Shown: positions 18,573-27,490 of the stretch, one piece after another | Layout of the letters: the number at the start of each line of letters is the position of its first letter | Numbering within the stretch: the first letter of the stretch is position 1 | NCBI GenBank assembly: GCA_963664405.1 | Contig: OY761158.1 | Span: 5,888,001-5,952,000, forward strand | Source of the DNA: Thermoanaerobaculia bacterium | GTDB taxonomy: Bacteria > Acidobacteriota > Thermoanaerobaculia > Multivoradales > Multivoraceae | DNA: 64,000 bases | Reading direction: 5' to 3' | Made by a program: the position numbers and the translations under genes | Notes under the pieces: generated by a model | What the model saw: the letters and a program-made list of their open reading frames with translations, nothing else | Databases searched by the model: none | What the model was told of the DNA's origin: nothing

Positions 18573-20208
18573 CGGGGGCCGGGAGGGGAGGCATGTCGTC
18601 CTCCGCTTCGACCAGTGTCGACAGTCGCTCGAAGGTCACCCCGAGGCGGGCCGCGGTAAGGGCGGCCAGCGAAGTCGGCGCGACCCCTCGGACGAACTGA
18701 TAGGTCGATCTCTGTTCTTCGTCGAGCTGAACCTGTAGGAACTCGAGCGCCTCAACCGGAGGACTGGCTTCGAGTGAGCGCGCGAAGTCGAGAAAGTGCG
18801 TGGTCACGAAAGCGACCGGCTCTACTCTCCGAAGCAGACGAAGCACCATGGCGAAGACTTCGATCCCCTCCGAAGGGTTCGTTCCCGAGCACAGCTCATC
18901 GAGAACCACCATCGAGCCCCGTTTCATCTCCTCGAAGAGAGAGCGGATTCGTACCAGCTCGCGACCGAGGCGGCCTTCGGTCTGATCTGCGCTCTCGTTC
19001 TCCACCAGAGAGACGAAGAGGCCGCTGGCCAGGGGTAATCTAGCCGCCTGAGCTGGAGTGTAGAGCCCCGATTGACCGAGGAGCGTTGCCCACGCCAGAG
19101 ACTGCAGTAAGCGTGTCTTGCCCCCGGAGTTGGGTCCGGTGATGAGGACGATTGAGCTGGAAACGTCGCTGCGGATGTCGCAAGGCACCGGAGCGGACCC
19201 TTGGGTGAGCAGCAACGGGTTGAAGAGACCGTCGAGCATCAGCGGCTCATCGTCGGCGAGCTCGGCCAGGCTGACTGCCAGTCCGGCCTGCTCGGCACGC
19301 GCCTTGAAACCGAGGTTGCAGAGATAGAACTCGAGATGTCCGACGAGCTGAACCAAAGGAACCAGCACGGGTGAGATCTCAGTGAAGACCTGGTTCACCA
19401 GACGGTTCATCAGCTCTTTGTTGTTGAAGTCGTAGCCGCTGGCGACGAAGCGAAGCCGGTCGCGAAAACGGCGCCAGGGTGACGACCAGAACTGGTTGGT
19501 CTCGTCTTCCGAAACTTCCTTGACCTGCAATCGCCGAATTCGACCGTCGCCGCCGACTCGAATTTCGAGGCCGAGCTTCGCCATGCCGTTCTCATACTGC
19601 AGGAGGTCCTCGAGGGTCTTGTACTCGCGGCTCGCCTGAGTGCTCTTCGCGGTTGTGTGGAGGCGGCTCAGCTCCGATTCAGCAGTGGCGAAATCTTCGG
19701 CCATCATGTCGATGACTTTTTTCGACTGGCGGAGGATCTCCAAGTGAATGGAGGCGGTGTCGAGACTCCCCTGATAGCCGGGCGTACCGAACAAAGAGAG
19801 GAGGGCAGAGAGCGATCGATAGAGGTTCTCGAAACGAGCCAAGAGAGCTGGGTTATCGCTGAGCTCTCGGAGGATCCCCTGACGCATGCGGATGGTCTCG
19901 AGATCCATCGGGACATTGGCCAAGACATTGCTTAGGAAGCGCTGGTTCGCGGGGTAGCTGGTGCCGTCGAGAACCAATCCGGAGCAGCTTTTGGCGAAGG
20001 CTTCGACGAAGAGGTCTTCGGCGAAGAAATCCGGATTCCACCCGCCTGGGAGGATTTTGGCGGTCGACAGGGCATCGTCGAGGGAGGTCCCGAGATCGCG
20101 ACCGAGGAATGCGAGTCCCAGGAGGTCGATTAGCTCCTCTTTGTTCACCACGAGCTGAGTGTCGCGGTTGAGCAGGTCGGGGATCGCGAACTCTTTAGCC
20201 TGGCTCAT
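18547..20208 (-). CDS. MutS-related ATPase (domain V only)
   Basis: Walker A GPNSGGKT, Walker B VVLDEL-CSGT, TTHF. No mismatch-binding domain I and no Smr domain are recognisable. Confidence 0.85.
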   Translation of the reverse strand: MSQAKEFAIPDLLNRDTQLVVNKEELIDLLGLAFLGRDLGTSLDDALSTAKILPGGWNPDFFAEDLFVEAFAKSCSGLVLDGTSYPANQRFLSNVLANVPMDLETIRMRQGILRELSDNPALLARFENLYRSLSALLSLFGTPGYQGSLDTASIHLEILRQSKKVIDMMAEDFATAESELSRLHTTAKSTQASREYKTLEDLLQYENGMAKLGLEIRVGGDGRIRRLQVKEVSEDETNQFWSSPWRRFRDRLRFVASGYDFNNKELMNRLVNQVFTEISPVLVPLVQLVGHLEFYLCNLGFKARAEQAGLAVSLAELADDEPLMLDGLFNPLLLTQGSAPVPCDIRSDVSSSIVLITGPNSGGKTRLLQSLAWATLLGQSGLYTPAQAARLPLASGLFVSLVENESADQTEGRLGRELVRIRSLFEEMKRGSMVVLDELCSGTNPSEGIEVFAMVLRLLRRVEPVAFVTTHFLDFARSLEASPPVEALEFLQVQLDEEQRSTYQFVRGVAPTSLAALTAARLGVTFERLSTLVEAEDDMPPLPAPAKAEAKLP

Positions 20209-20330
20209 ATTTGCGTTGTTGGCGGCTGTGCCCGGTCGCCCAGCTTGGGTCGGCTAGCGGTGAGACGGGGCGCATATAATACCTGCCGAGCCATGCCTTG
20301 GCGCCGCCAGTCGCGCTCATCCCCCTCCCT

Positions 20331-21464
20331 ATGACATCCGTATCCCTTCGCTCCTGTCTCCTTGCCGCCGTGGTCTTGTGTGGCACGAGCCTTCGCGGCG
20401 GCGAAGGTGAGCAGGAAGCTGTCTTTGGCGAGAGTGACTTCCTCACCCGTGTGCGACGGCTTACCTACGAAGGGAAGCGAGCGGGAGAGGGCTACTTTTC
20501 GCCCGATGGCTCGAAGATGGTTCTGCAGAGCGAGCGCGAGCCGGGGAATCCCTTTTACCAGATCTACGAGATCGATCTGATGAGCGGCGATTCGCGTCGA
20601 ATATCCCCGGGACTCGGCAAGACCACTTGCTCCTTCGTGCAGGCCGTCAGCGGTGACATCCTCTTTGCCTCCACTCATCACGATCCCCGCTCCCAGCTGC
20701 TGCAAGAGGAAGAGTTGGCCTTCCGGGCATCGGGGCAGGAGCGACGCTACTCTTGGGACTACGATCCGGAGATGGAGATCTGGGTGGCGGACAACGAAAC
20801 CCTGGAGCTCCGCAGGCTCACTCGCGCGCCGGGCTACGACGCGGAAGGTAGCTACTCGCCGGACGGGCAGTGGATCGTCTTTTCGTCGCTGCGTGGAGCG
20901 TACGCAAGAGAGCTAGACGAAGAGGAAAAGAAGCAGCTCGAAGTGGATCCGTCCTACTTCGGCGAGATCTTCTTGATGAAGGCCGACGGTTCTGAGCCAC
21001 GGCGCCTCACCCACGCTCCCGGATACGACGGCGGCCCCTTTTTCTTCGCCGACGGCTCTCGCATCGTATGGCGAAGGTTCGACGAGGCGGGCCTTGGCGC
21101 TGAGATCTGGACTATGAAGCCGGATGGCACCGAGCAGCGGCCGATCACCGCCTTCTCTTCCATGAGCTGGGCGCCTTACGCGCACCCATCCGGTGAGTAC
21201 GTGATCTTCGCCTCCAACAAACATGGCTTCTCTAACTTCGAGCTCTTCCTGGTGGACAGTGAGGGAGTGAAGGAGCCGGTGCGGGTGACTTACACAGACG
21301 GCTTCGATGGTCTACCGGTACCTTCGCCCGACGGTCGCCAGTTGTCGTGGACCTCTACCCGGCACGGCGACAGCGGTGGCCAGGTCTACCTGGGCGAATG
21401 GAATCATCAGCGGGCTCTCGAGGCCTTGGCCTTGTCGCCGGCAGCTAAGAAAGGCGGGAGCTAG
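20331..21464 (+). CDS. Secreted TolB-like PD40 beta-propeller protein
   Basis: Signal peptide; repeated GEGYFSPDG, AEGSYSPDG, FDGLPVPSPDG. Confidence 0.88.
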   Translation: MTSVSLRSCLLAAVVLCGTSLRGGEGEQEAVFGESDFLTRVRRLTYEGKRAGEGYFSPDGSKMVLQSEREPGNPFYQIYEIDLMSGDSRRISPGLGKTTCSFVQAVSGDILFASTHHDPRSQLLQEEELAFRASGQERRYSWDYDPEMEIWVADNETLELRRLTRAPGYDAEGSYSPDGQWIVFSSLRGAYARELDEEEKKQLEVDPSYFGEIFLMKADGSEPRRLTHAPGYDGGPFFFADGSRIVWRRFDEAGLGAEIWTMKPDGTEQRPITAFSSMSWAPYAHPSGEYVIFASNKHGFSNFELFLVDSEGVKEPVRVTYTDGFDGLPVPSPDGRQLSWTSTRHGDSGGQVYLGEWNHQRALEALALSPAAKKGGS

Positions 21465-23260
21465 TGAGATTGCGATCGGCTTCTTTGGCGATGCTCTGGC
21501 TCTTGCCGACGCTGCTGCAGGCGGCTTCACCGGCAGCTCTGCGCGAGCAGGTCGAATTCCTCGCCTCGGATGCGCTTCAGGGTCGCTTGACCGGGAGCCC
21601 GGGCGAAGCGCAGGCCGCGGAGTACTTGGCGAGGCAGTTGCGCGAGCTCGGCGCTCGCCCCCTTGCCGGCCAGGACGACCTACTCATAACCTTCGATTTC
21701 ACTGCCGGCACCCGCGATGAGGGCTCGAAAGTACGGCTGGACAATGACGGTGACCGGGAGTGGGGGAACGAGGGCCATGTTCGAGCCCTCTCTTTCTCCG
21801 ACGAGGGCAAGGTCGAGGGCGAAGTCGTCTTCGCCGGGTATGGGATCAAGGTGCCTGAAGGGCAGGCCTTCCCCTACGACAACTTCTTCGGGCTCGATCT
21901 GACCGACAAGATCGCCCTCGTGCTTCGTTACTATCCTGAGGAAGCCGACGAGGCGACACGCGCGGTACTTTCGCGCTATTCGGGATTGCGCTACAAGGCG
22001 ATGCACGCCCGCGAACTGGGGGCGAAAGGGCTGCTGGTGGTGACCGGTCCTCACTCGCCCAACGCCGGCGAGCTGGTGCCGATGACTTTCGACACGGCGA
22101 TCGCCGGCTCAGGGATCCTTGCGGCCTCTGCCGGTGGCGAGCTCGGCGACCATCTTTTCGCACTCGCCGGCAAGAATCTCGAAGAAGCGCAGGCCGCTCT
22201 CGACAGTGGTAACCCTCATGTGCAGGGGTTTCCACTGACCGGTGCGAAGCTCAGCCTCGAGGTGGCAGTGGAGCGGGAGCATCGTCAGGGACACAATGTC
22301 GTCGGCGTCTTTCCTCCTCGTGACGGAGCCGTCGCCAAGTCTTGGCTTCTCCTCGGTGCTCACTACGACCATCTCGGCGACGGGCTCCACGGCAACTCGC
22401 TGGCGCGCAAGGGTGAGTCCGGCGCAATCCATCGCGGTGCCGACGACAATGCGTCCGGCGTGGTGAGCGCTCTCGCCACCGCGGCGGCGCTGGCGGGGGT
22501 GGCGAGCTCCCGCGGTGTTGTTGTGGCGCTCTGGTCGGGCGAAGAGCTTGGCCTTCTCGGCTCGAGCGATTTCGTGAAGCAAGAGTACATCGATCCAGAC
22601 AGCCTTCTTGCATGCCTCAACTTCGACATGGTGGGGCGTTCTCGCGACAATCGCCTAGCGGTGCAGGGCGTGGGGTCGAGCGAGATGTGGCGCCGCCTGG
22701 TCGAGCAGAGCAACGTGCCGGTGGGGTTCGATCTGCAGATTCAGGAAGACCCCTATCTGCCTACCGACTCCGCCAGCTTCAATCGAGCGGGCGTGCCCTG
22801 TCTCAACTTCTTTACCGGAGGCCACGAGGATTACCATAGGCCGACCGATGTGCCCGAGAAAGTCAACTACGAGGATATGGGCCGTGTTGTCGACCTCGCT
22901 GCTGGAATCGGCCGTAGGCTCCTCTCACTGGAAGAGAACCTCGAGTTCGTCAAAGTGTCGCCGAAAATCGAGCAGGGGCCGGCAAGGGACGCGGTGCGGG
23001 CTTTCACAGGCACGATTCCCGACTACACGGCCGAGGCCGCGGGTCTGAGGTTGAGTGGGGTGGTCGGGGGCGGGCCGGCCGAGGAGGCGGGGCTGCGCGA
23101 GGGCGATGTCATCACCCATTTCGGCGATCGCGAGATCACCAATATCTACGACTATACCTACGCTCTGGAGGCGGTGAAGGTCGGAGTTTCGCTCGAAGTC
23201 GTCTTCGTTCGAGATGACGAAACGAAACAGACGACGATCACTCCGCGGGCACGACCCTAA
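21464..23260 (+). CDS. M28 aminopeptidase with PA and PDZ domains
   Basis: Signal peptide, GAHYDH, GADDNASG, GEELG, NFDMVG, DYH, and a C-terminal PDZ (GTIPDY...GLREGD). Confidence 0.93.
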   Translation: MRLRSASLAMLWLLPTLLQAASPAALREQVEFLASDALQGRLTGSPGEAQAAEYLARQLRELGARPLAGQDDLLITFDFTAGTRDEGSKVRLDNDGDREWGNEGHVRALSFSDEGKVEGEVVFAGYGIKVPEGQAFPYDNFFGLDLTDKIALVLRYYPEEADEATRAVLSRYSGLRYKAMHARELGAKGLLVVTGPHSPNAGELVPMTFDTAIAGSGILAASAGGELGDHLFALAGKNLEEAQAALDSGNPHVQGFPLTGAKLSLEVAVEREHRQGHNVVGVFPPRDGAVAKSWLLLGAHYDHLGDGLHGNSLARKGESGAIHRGADDNASGVVSALATAAALAGVASSRGVVVALWSGEELGLLGSSDFVKQEYIDPDSLLACLNFDMVGRSRDNRLAVQGVGSSEMWRRLVEQSNVPVGFDLQIQEDPYLPTDSASFNRAGVPCLNFFTGGHEDYHRPTDVPEKVNYEDMGRVVDLAAGIGRRLLSLEENLEFVKVSPKIEQGPARDAVRAFTGTIPDYTAEAAGLRLSGVVGGGPAEEAGLREGDVITHFGDREITNIYDYTYALEAVKVGVSLEVVFVRDDETKQTTITPRARP

Positions 23261-24308
23261 GACTGGCCGGCGGCTCCGGCTGCGAACCGGGCCTCCACGC
23301 TCCAGCGAGGACTCGGCGCATTCCGGGGGCGGCGAGCTGGAAGTCGCGTCCGACGGTTCGCGGCTCGGGAAACCACTTCCAGAGGAAGGCCCCGACGACT
23401 CTCTGCTCTCGCTCGACCGCCTCCAGAGCGACTTTGGTACAGGCCTCTTGGAGAGCGATTGCCTGGTCTCCGTCCGTCTGAGGCTCCCAGGGGCGCTGGG
23501 CGGCTTGCAGGGAGCGGTTGTAGCCCAGCTCGGTAAAGACGATGTAGCGATCGCGGTCGACCGAAAAGGCATGAAGCTCTTCCATGATGCGGTCCCAGCC
23601 CTCGCGCAAATCGCTCTCGTTCGGACTGCGGGCCTCGGTCAGGGGAAAGTAGGCCTGGATGCCGATGGCGTCGAGAGCGTCCCAGAAGGGGACCCGCTGG
23701 TAGTCGCTCCAGTTCGCCGCGTAGGTCAGAGGGCCCTCGTAGACCTTGCGCACGCGGCCGATCAGGCCACGCCAGGGCTGCTCTTGAGCGAGGGTTCGAT
23801 CGAGCTCCGTACCCACTGCGAAAGCGTCGGCCTCCGTTGCCACTGAGGCTAGAGCGAGGATCCACTTCTCGTAGTCACTCCAGAAACGAGTCCAAGCTTC
23901 GTCGGTGTCGAAGTCGATCTCGCCGCGCCAGGAGAAAGGGCTTCTCCAGTACGCGAGATGCGGCTTGATCAGGATCTTGAGGCCCAGTTCGTGGGCCTCC
24001 TGGATCGGGCGCTGTAGCAGGACTACACTTTCGTCGGTGAGCGGGGAGAAGCGGACGCTTCCGTCGGCGGAGATGCGGCCGTAGGGGTGGATGGCTACCC
24101 AGTTCGCCCCGAGCGCTTCGATTGATGCGAAGGTCGGGACGATGGCATCGCTTGCCCATTCCTCACCCCCTCGGTGAGTCGATACAGTGATGCCGCGTAT
24201 CTTCTGGGCGACGATCGTCGCACTGTCTGCTCCAACATTGAGGAGGAGGAGGAGCACCGAGACCGGAGCCAGTTTCGCAATGCGCGAGGCGATGGAGAAA
24301 CCACTCAT
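23238..24308 (-). CDS. GH113-like (clan GH-A TIM barrel) glycoside hydrolase, secreted
   Basis: LIKPHL, WRGEI, VGTEL (acid/base), YAANW, IQAYFPL, FTELGY (nucleophile). Confidence 0.8.
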   Translation of the reverse strand: MSGFSIASRIAKLAPVSVLLLLLNVGADSATIVAQKIRGITVSTHRGGEEWASDAIVPTFASIEALGANWVAIHPYGRISADGSVRFSPLTDESVVLLQRPIQEAHELGLKILIKPHLAYWRSPFSWRGEIDFDTDEAWTRFWSDYEKWILALASVATEADAFAVGTELDRTLAQEQPWRGLIGRVRKVYEGPLTYAANWSDYQRVPFWDALDAIGIQAYFPLTEARSPNESDLREGWDRIMEELHAFSVDRDRYIVFTELGYNRSLQAAQRPWEPQTDGDQAIALQEACTKVALEAVEREQRVVGAFLWKWFPEPRTVGRDFQLAAPGMRRVLAGAWRPGSQPEPPASLRVVPAE

Positions 24309-24472
24309 TCGCCCGCCGACGCAGGTTCTCCGGGAGTGGCTCGGACCTGCCGCAACTGAGCCATCAAGGGGCGGGTGTTCCCGTTCTCTCACGTACCGTT
24401 CGCTTGGTGCACATCGTGCTGGTCTGTGTGAGCTGCCTATACGCGTGTCTGTCGGAGCCCGAGGGGAGGGCA

Positions 24473-24626
24473 GTGAGGATTCTAAATCACCCGGGACGGC
24501 GTGTCGGTTTGGGAGATCAATACCAACCCGATGATCTTGGTCCCCGAGGATCGCGAAGATCTACTCCGCTTTGCCGCCCCCGATCACTTTGCTCGCCGTT
24601 TCATAGCCGCGCTGGAACGTCTCTAG
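24473..24626 (+). pseudogene. Gene relic: RBS plus start joined to the C-terminal tail of an ATP-grasp-like protein
   Basis: GAGGGGAGG..GTG at 24473. From about 24495 another frame reads DGVSVWEINTNPMILVPEDREDLLRFAAPDHFARRFIAALERL*, which contains the ATP-grasp E-x-N-x-x-P motif. Confidence 0.55.
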
Positions 24627-24728
24627 GCTCGTCGGATCCCTCTCTGGACTTGGGAACGTTAGACTAGATCGAGGGAGGTCCGCCGGCTGGGCCCGGGCGA
24701 TACATTTACGCAGCGAGAGGAACGAGTC

Positions 24729-25733
24729 ATGTCCATTACCCGTCGGCAATTCGCGCACACGGGCCTGCTTGGGGCAGCAGGCCTTGCAACAGCTGGCCTC
24801 GCCAAAGGCCAGGACCTCGAGACCTACCGCAAGCTCGGCCTCCATGAGCCTTTCTCATGGGGCGAGAGACGCAGTGAGGCTCAGAAGCGACTCCGCGCCT
24901 CTCTCGACCCGCCGGAAGATCGTCAGTACAACCCTTGCGCGGAGGCTCATCCTGCCGACTCGACGCCGCGTGGCGAGGTGAAAAAGATCGAGAAATGGGC
25001 AGGGAGCGAGGTCTTCCCCGGCACCGAGCGGGATCTCTGGATCTACCAATCGGCAGGGCTAGGCAACTCCTCCGAGGCCCCGGACCTCATGGTGTTCAAC
25101 GACGGTAGAGGTTACGTCGACGCTGGCGGATCGGTTCGGGCGCCCGCGGTCCTCGACACTCTCATTCACGCCGGTAAGCTTCGGCAGACGGTTGGCGTTT
25201 TCGTCCAGCCCGGCACAAGGAGCGTCCCGCGAGACGCCTCTGATCCGGAGCGTGGGCGGCAGAGGAGTATCGAATACGACTCCCTGACCGATGCCTATCT
25301 GCGATTCCTCCTCGATGAGCTCTTGCCCTTCGTGGCGACCGAGATCGATCGCCCGCTCAGCTCGGACCCGACCCGTCGCCTGATCTGTGGAATCTCGAGT
25401 GGCGGTATCTGCGCCTTTAACGCTGCCTGGTTCGGCCCGACCTCGTTCGGCCGCGTACTCAGTCACTGCGGCTCGTTCACCAACATCCGTGGCGGGCACA
25501 ATTACCCGTATCTGGTGCGAACGACCGAGGTCAAGCCGATCCGCGTTTTCATGACCAGCGGCGAGATGGATCTCCAAACACCTCACGGTAGTTGGCCCCT
25601 GGCGAACCGACAGATGGCCTCCGCACTCGACTATGCCGGCTACGACCATCGTTTCGTATTCGGCGAAGGCGGCCACAGCCTTCGTCACGGCGGCGCGATC
25701 TTTGCCGAGTCGCTCCGCTGGCTGTTTCGTTGA
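24729..25733 (+). CDS. Tat-exported Fes-like alpha/beta esterase
   Basis: Tat motif TRRQF, nucleophile motif GISSG, FGEGGH. Confidence 0.85.
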   Translation: MSITRRQFAHTGLLGAAGLATAGLAKGQDLETYRKLGLHEPFSWGERRSEAQKRLRASLDPPEDRQYNPCAEAHPADSTPRGEVKKIEKWAGSEVFPGTERDLWIYQSAGLGNSSEAPDLMVFNDGRGYVDAGGSVRAPAVLDTLIHAGKLRQTVGVFVQPGTRSVPRDASDPERGRQRSIEYDSLTDAYLRFLLDELLPFVATEIDRPLSSDPTRRLICGISSGGICAFNAAWFGPTSFGRVLSHCGSFTNIRGGHNYPYLVRTTEVKPIRVFMTSGEMDLQTPHGSWPLANRQMASALDYAGYDHRFVFGEGGHSLRHGGAIFAESLRWLFR

Positions 25734-25785
25734 GGCTGTGGCGCGGATAAGGTCCGCCACGGGAGCTCCGGAGCCAAGACCAAGA

Positions 25786-26643
25786 TCACCAAGACGCCCG
25801 TCGTTGGGTGTAGATCTCGGGCGTCAGAGGCGCGTGCAGGCCCTCGCAGACCATGGCCGTAACGGCGACCAGTGCTGCGAAACAGGTCGCAGGCAGAGAG
25901 AAAGCCCGCAGGAGCTCTCGCAGAACCGCGATCGGCCCGCCGCCGACGCTGGCTCCGGCAGGAGCCATGCGCCTGCCGGCTGTCCAGGGTAGGAGGCGCT
26001 CACCGGCGCGTTCCCTCAGCAGCAGAGGTAAGAGCATGATGAGCAAGATGAGGCCCGACTGAGCTCGAAGACCGGCGGTGAAGCCCCAGCGAGCGATCAC
26101 CGTTGCCATCACCGCCCCTCCGACCGAGGTGCCAACCAGCTTCGAGGCCCACATGAAACCGTTGACGCGGCCCCGCTCCCAGGGCTCGAGAAGGTCGAGA
26201 GCCAGGGCATCGGTGGCTACGTCCTGGAGCGAGGCGAAACAATTGTGGATGAAGAAGACCCACCCCAGCAGGGTGAGCGTGCTGGCGGCGGTGAGCTCGC
26301 CGTTGGTGGAGGCAGCGAGCAGGGTGGCGGCCATCATCAGCTGGGCGAAGACAATCCAGGGTCGGCGGAGGCCGAGCGCAGGTAGCTGAAAGGAGTCTAT
26401 GATCGGTCCCCACAAGAACTTGAAAGTCCACGGGAAGAGGCACAGCGAGATGAGCAGGCCGGTTTCCTGCTGGGACACCCCACGCTCGCTGAGGTGGGCG
26501 ACGATGGCGATGGTGATGAAGCCCCACGGCACACCCTGGGCGAAGTAAAGAGCGCAGAGAGTCGAGAACCGGGCCGACCGCGACGAGGCGAGAGAGCGGT
26601 CCGTAGCGATTCCTCGCGCTACGTCTGGCTGGGTTGGCGGCAT
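25786..26643 (-). pseudogene. AmpG-like MFS permease truncated after about TM7
   Basis: YFAQGVP, PWTFKFLWGPIID, LRRPWI, SLQDVATDALA. It ends at 285 aa and no continuation is found in other frames before the convergent gene. Confidence 0.75.
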
Positions 26644-26848
26644 AGCCCTTTTTCATGCGCTGCGGCGTCATCGAGTCGGCGCATCCTAGCAGCGGTGTCA
26701 CCCAGAAAGTGACCGAGTTGCTGTGGTGTCACAGTCTTCGTTCTCTCTGTCTCAGGAGAGGGTTCTGCCCTTGCGTAGTGCGGTGTTAGGAGTGTCAACT
26801 AGCCCTCGAACACCGATCCAGGCTGCCATCGAAAAAGGAGAAATCGAT

Positions 26849-27406
26849 ATGAGACGAACGATCGTTTTGGGGCTCATTCTTGCCGCCCTCGTGGTTCCTG
26901 CGACCGCCAAGGATCTTGCGGTGGAATTCGTCGGAACCGCGACACTGATGACGCCGGAGGAAGTTCTGGCACTCGCCGATCGCTTCCCGAACCTTCCGGC
27001 CGACGTCCGAGCGATCATGCTCGGCCCCGACACCCTATGCTTCGAGGTGCCGATGAATAGCGCTGAGACAGGTCTCTTCCTGGGGACTGGGCTCGATTGC
27101 CTCTTCAATATTGAGGCGGACCCGAGCGGCATTGTGACTCTCGAGGCCATCTCAGCATTCCGCTTTCGCTTCTCCGGGACGATCTGGGCCCGCGGCGACA
27201 CAACGGTGGCACCTCTCTTGGCCCCCCACAGTGCGGGCGCGACCCATGCTACCGGCGGCTGGACCACCGACCCGAATGTGTTCTTGACGACGGGTGAGTT
27301 CTCGAACTACATCGGCAATACGCGTCTCTCCGGACTGGTCGACCTGACGGCCTTCCCCGGGCAGATGGGCTTCCGCTGCATGTGGCAGATTCACCTAGCG
27401 GAGTAA
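26849..27406 (+). CDS. Secreted beta-rich hypothetical protein
   Basis: Strong RBS AAAGGAG, signal peptide MRRTIVLGLILAALVVPATA, three Cys. Confidence 0.8.
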   Translation: MRRTIVLGLILAALVVPATAKDLAVEFVGTATLMTPEEVLALADRFPNLPADVRAIMLGPDTLCFEVPMNSAETGLFLGTGLDCLFNIEADPSGIVTLEAISAFRFRFSGTIWARGDTTVAPLLAPHSAGATHATGGWTTDPNVFLTTGEFSNYIGNTRLSGLVDLTAFPGQMGFRCMWQIHLAE

Positions 27407-27433
27407 CCTCCCTCGCCGTTGTCCGAGATCCGT

Positions 27434-27462
27434 GGGGCGGTCTCTCGAGAGAGGGCCGCCCC
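27434..27462. terminator. GC-rich hairpin between convergent genes
   Basis: GGGGCGGTC...GGCCGCCCC stem; no U-tract. Confidence 0.45.
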
Positions 27463-27490
27463 CGCCTCATGGCCGCAGGCCCGTTGCCGC

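Noticed and set aside
21440-21530. TolB-like/M28 split as a sequencing error in a fused gene
   Set aside because: The second ORF has its own signal peptide and RBS-like GGGAG and overlaps the stop (TAGTG), so the split looks natural.
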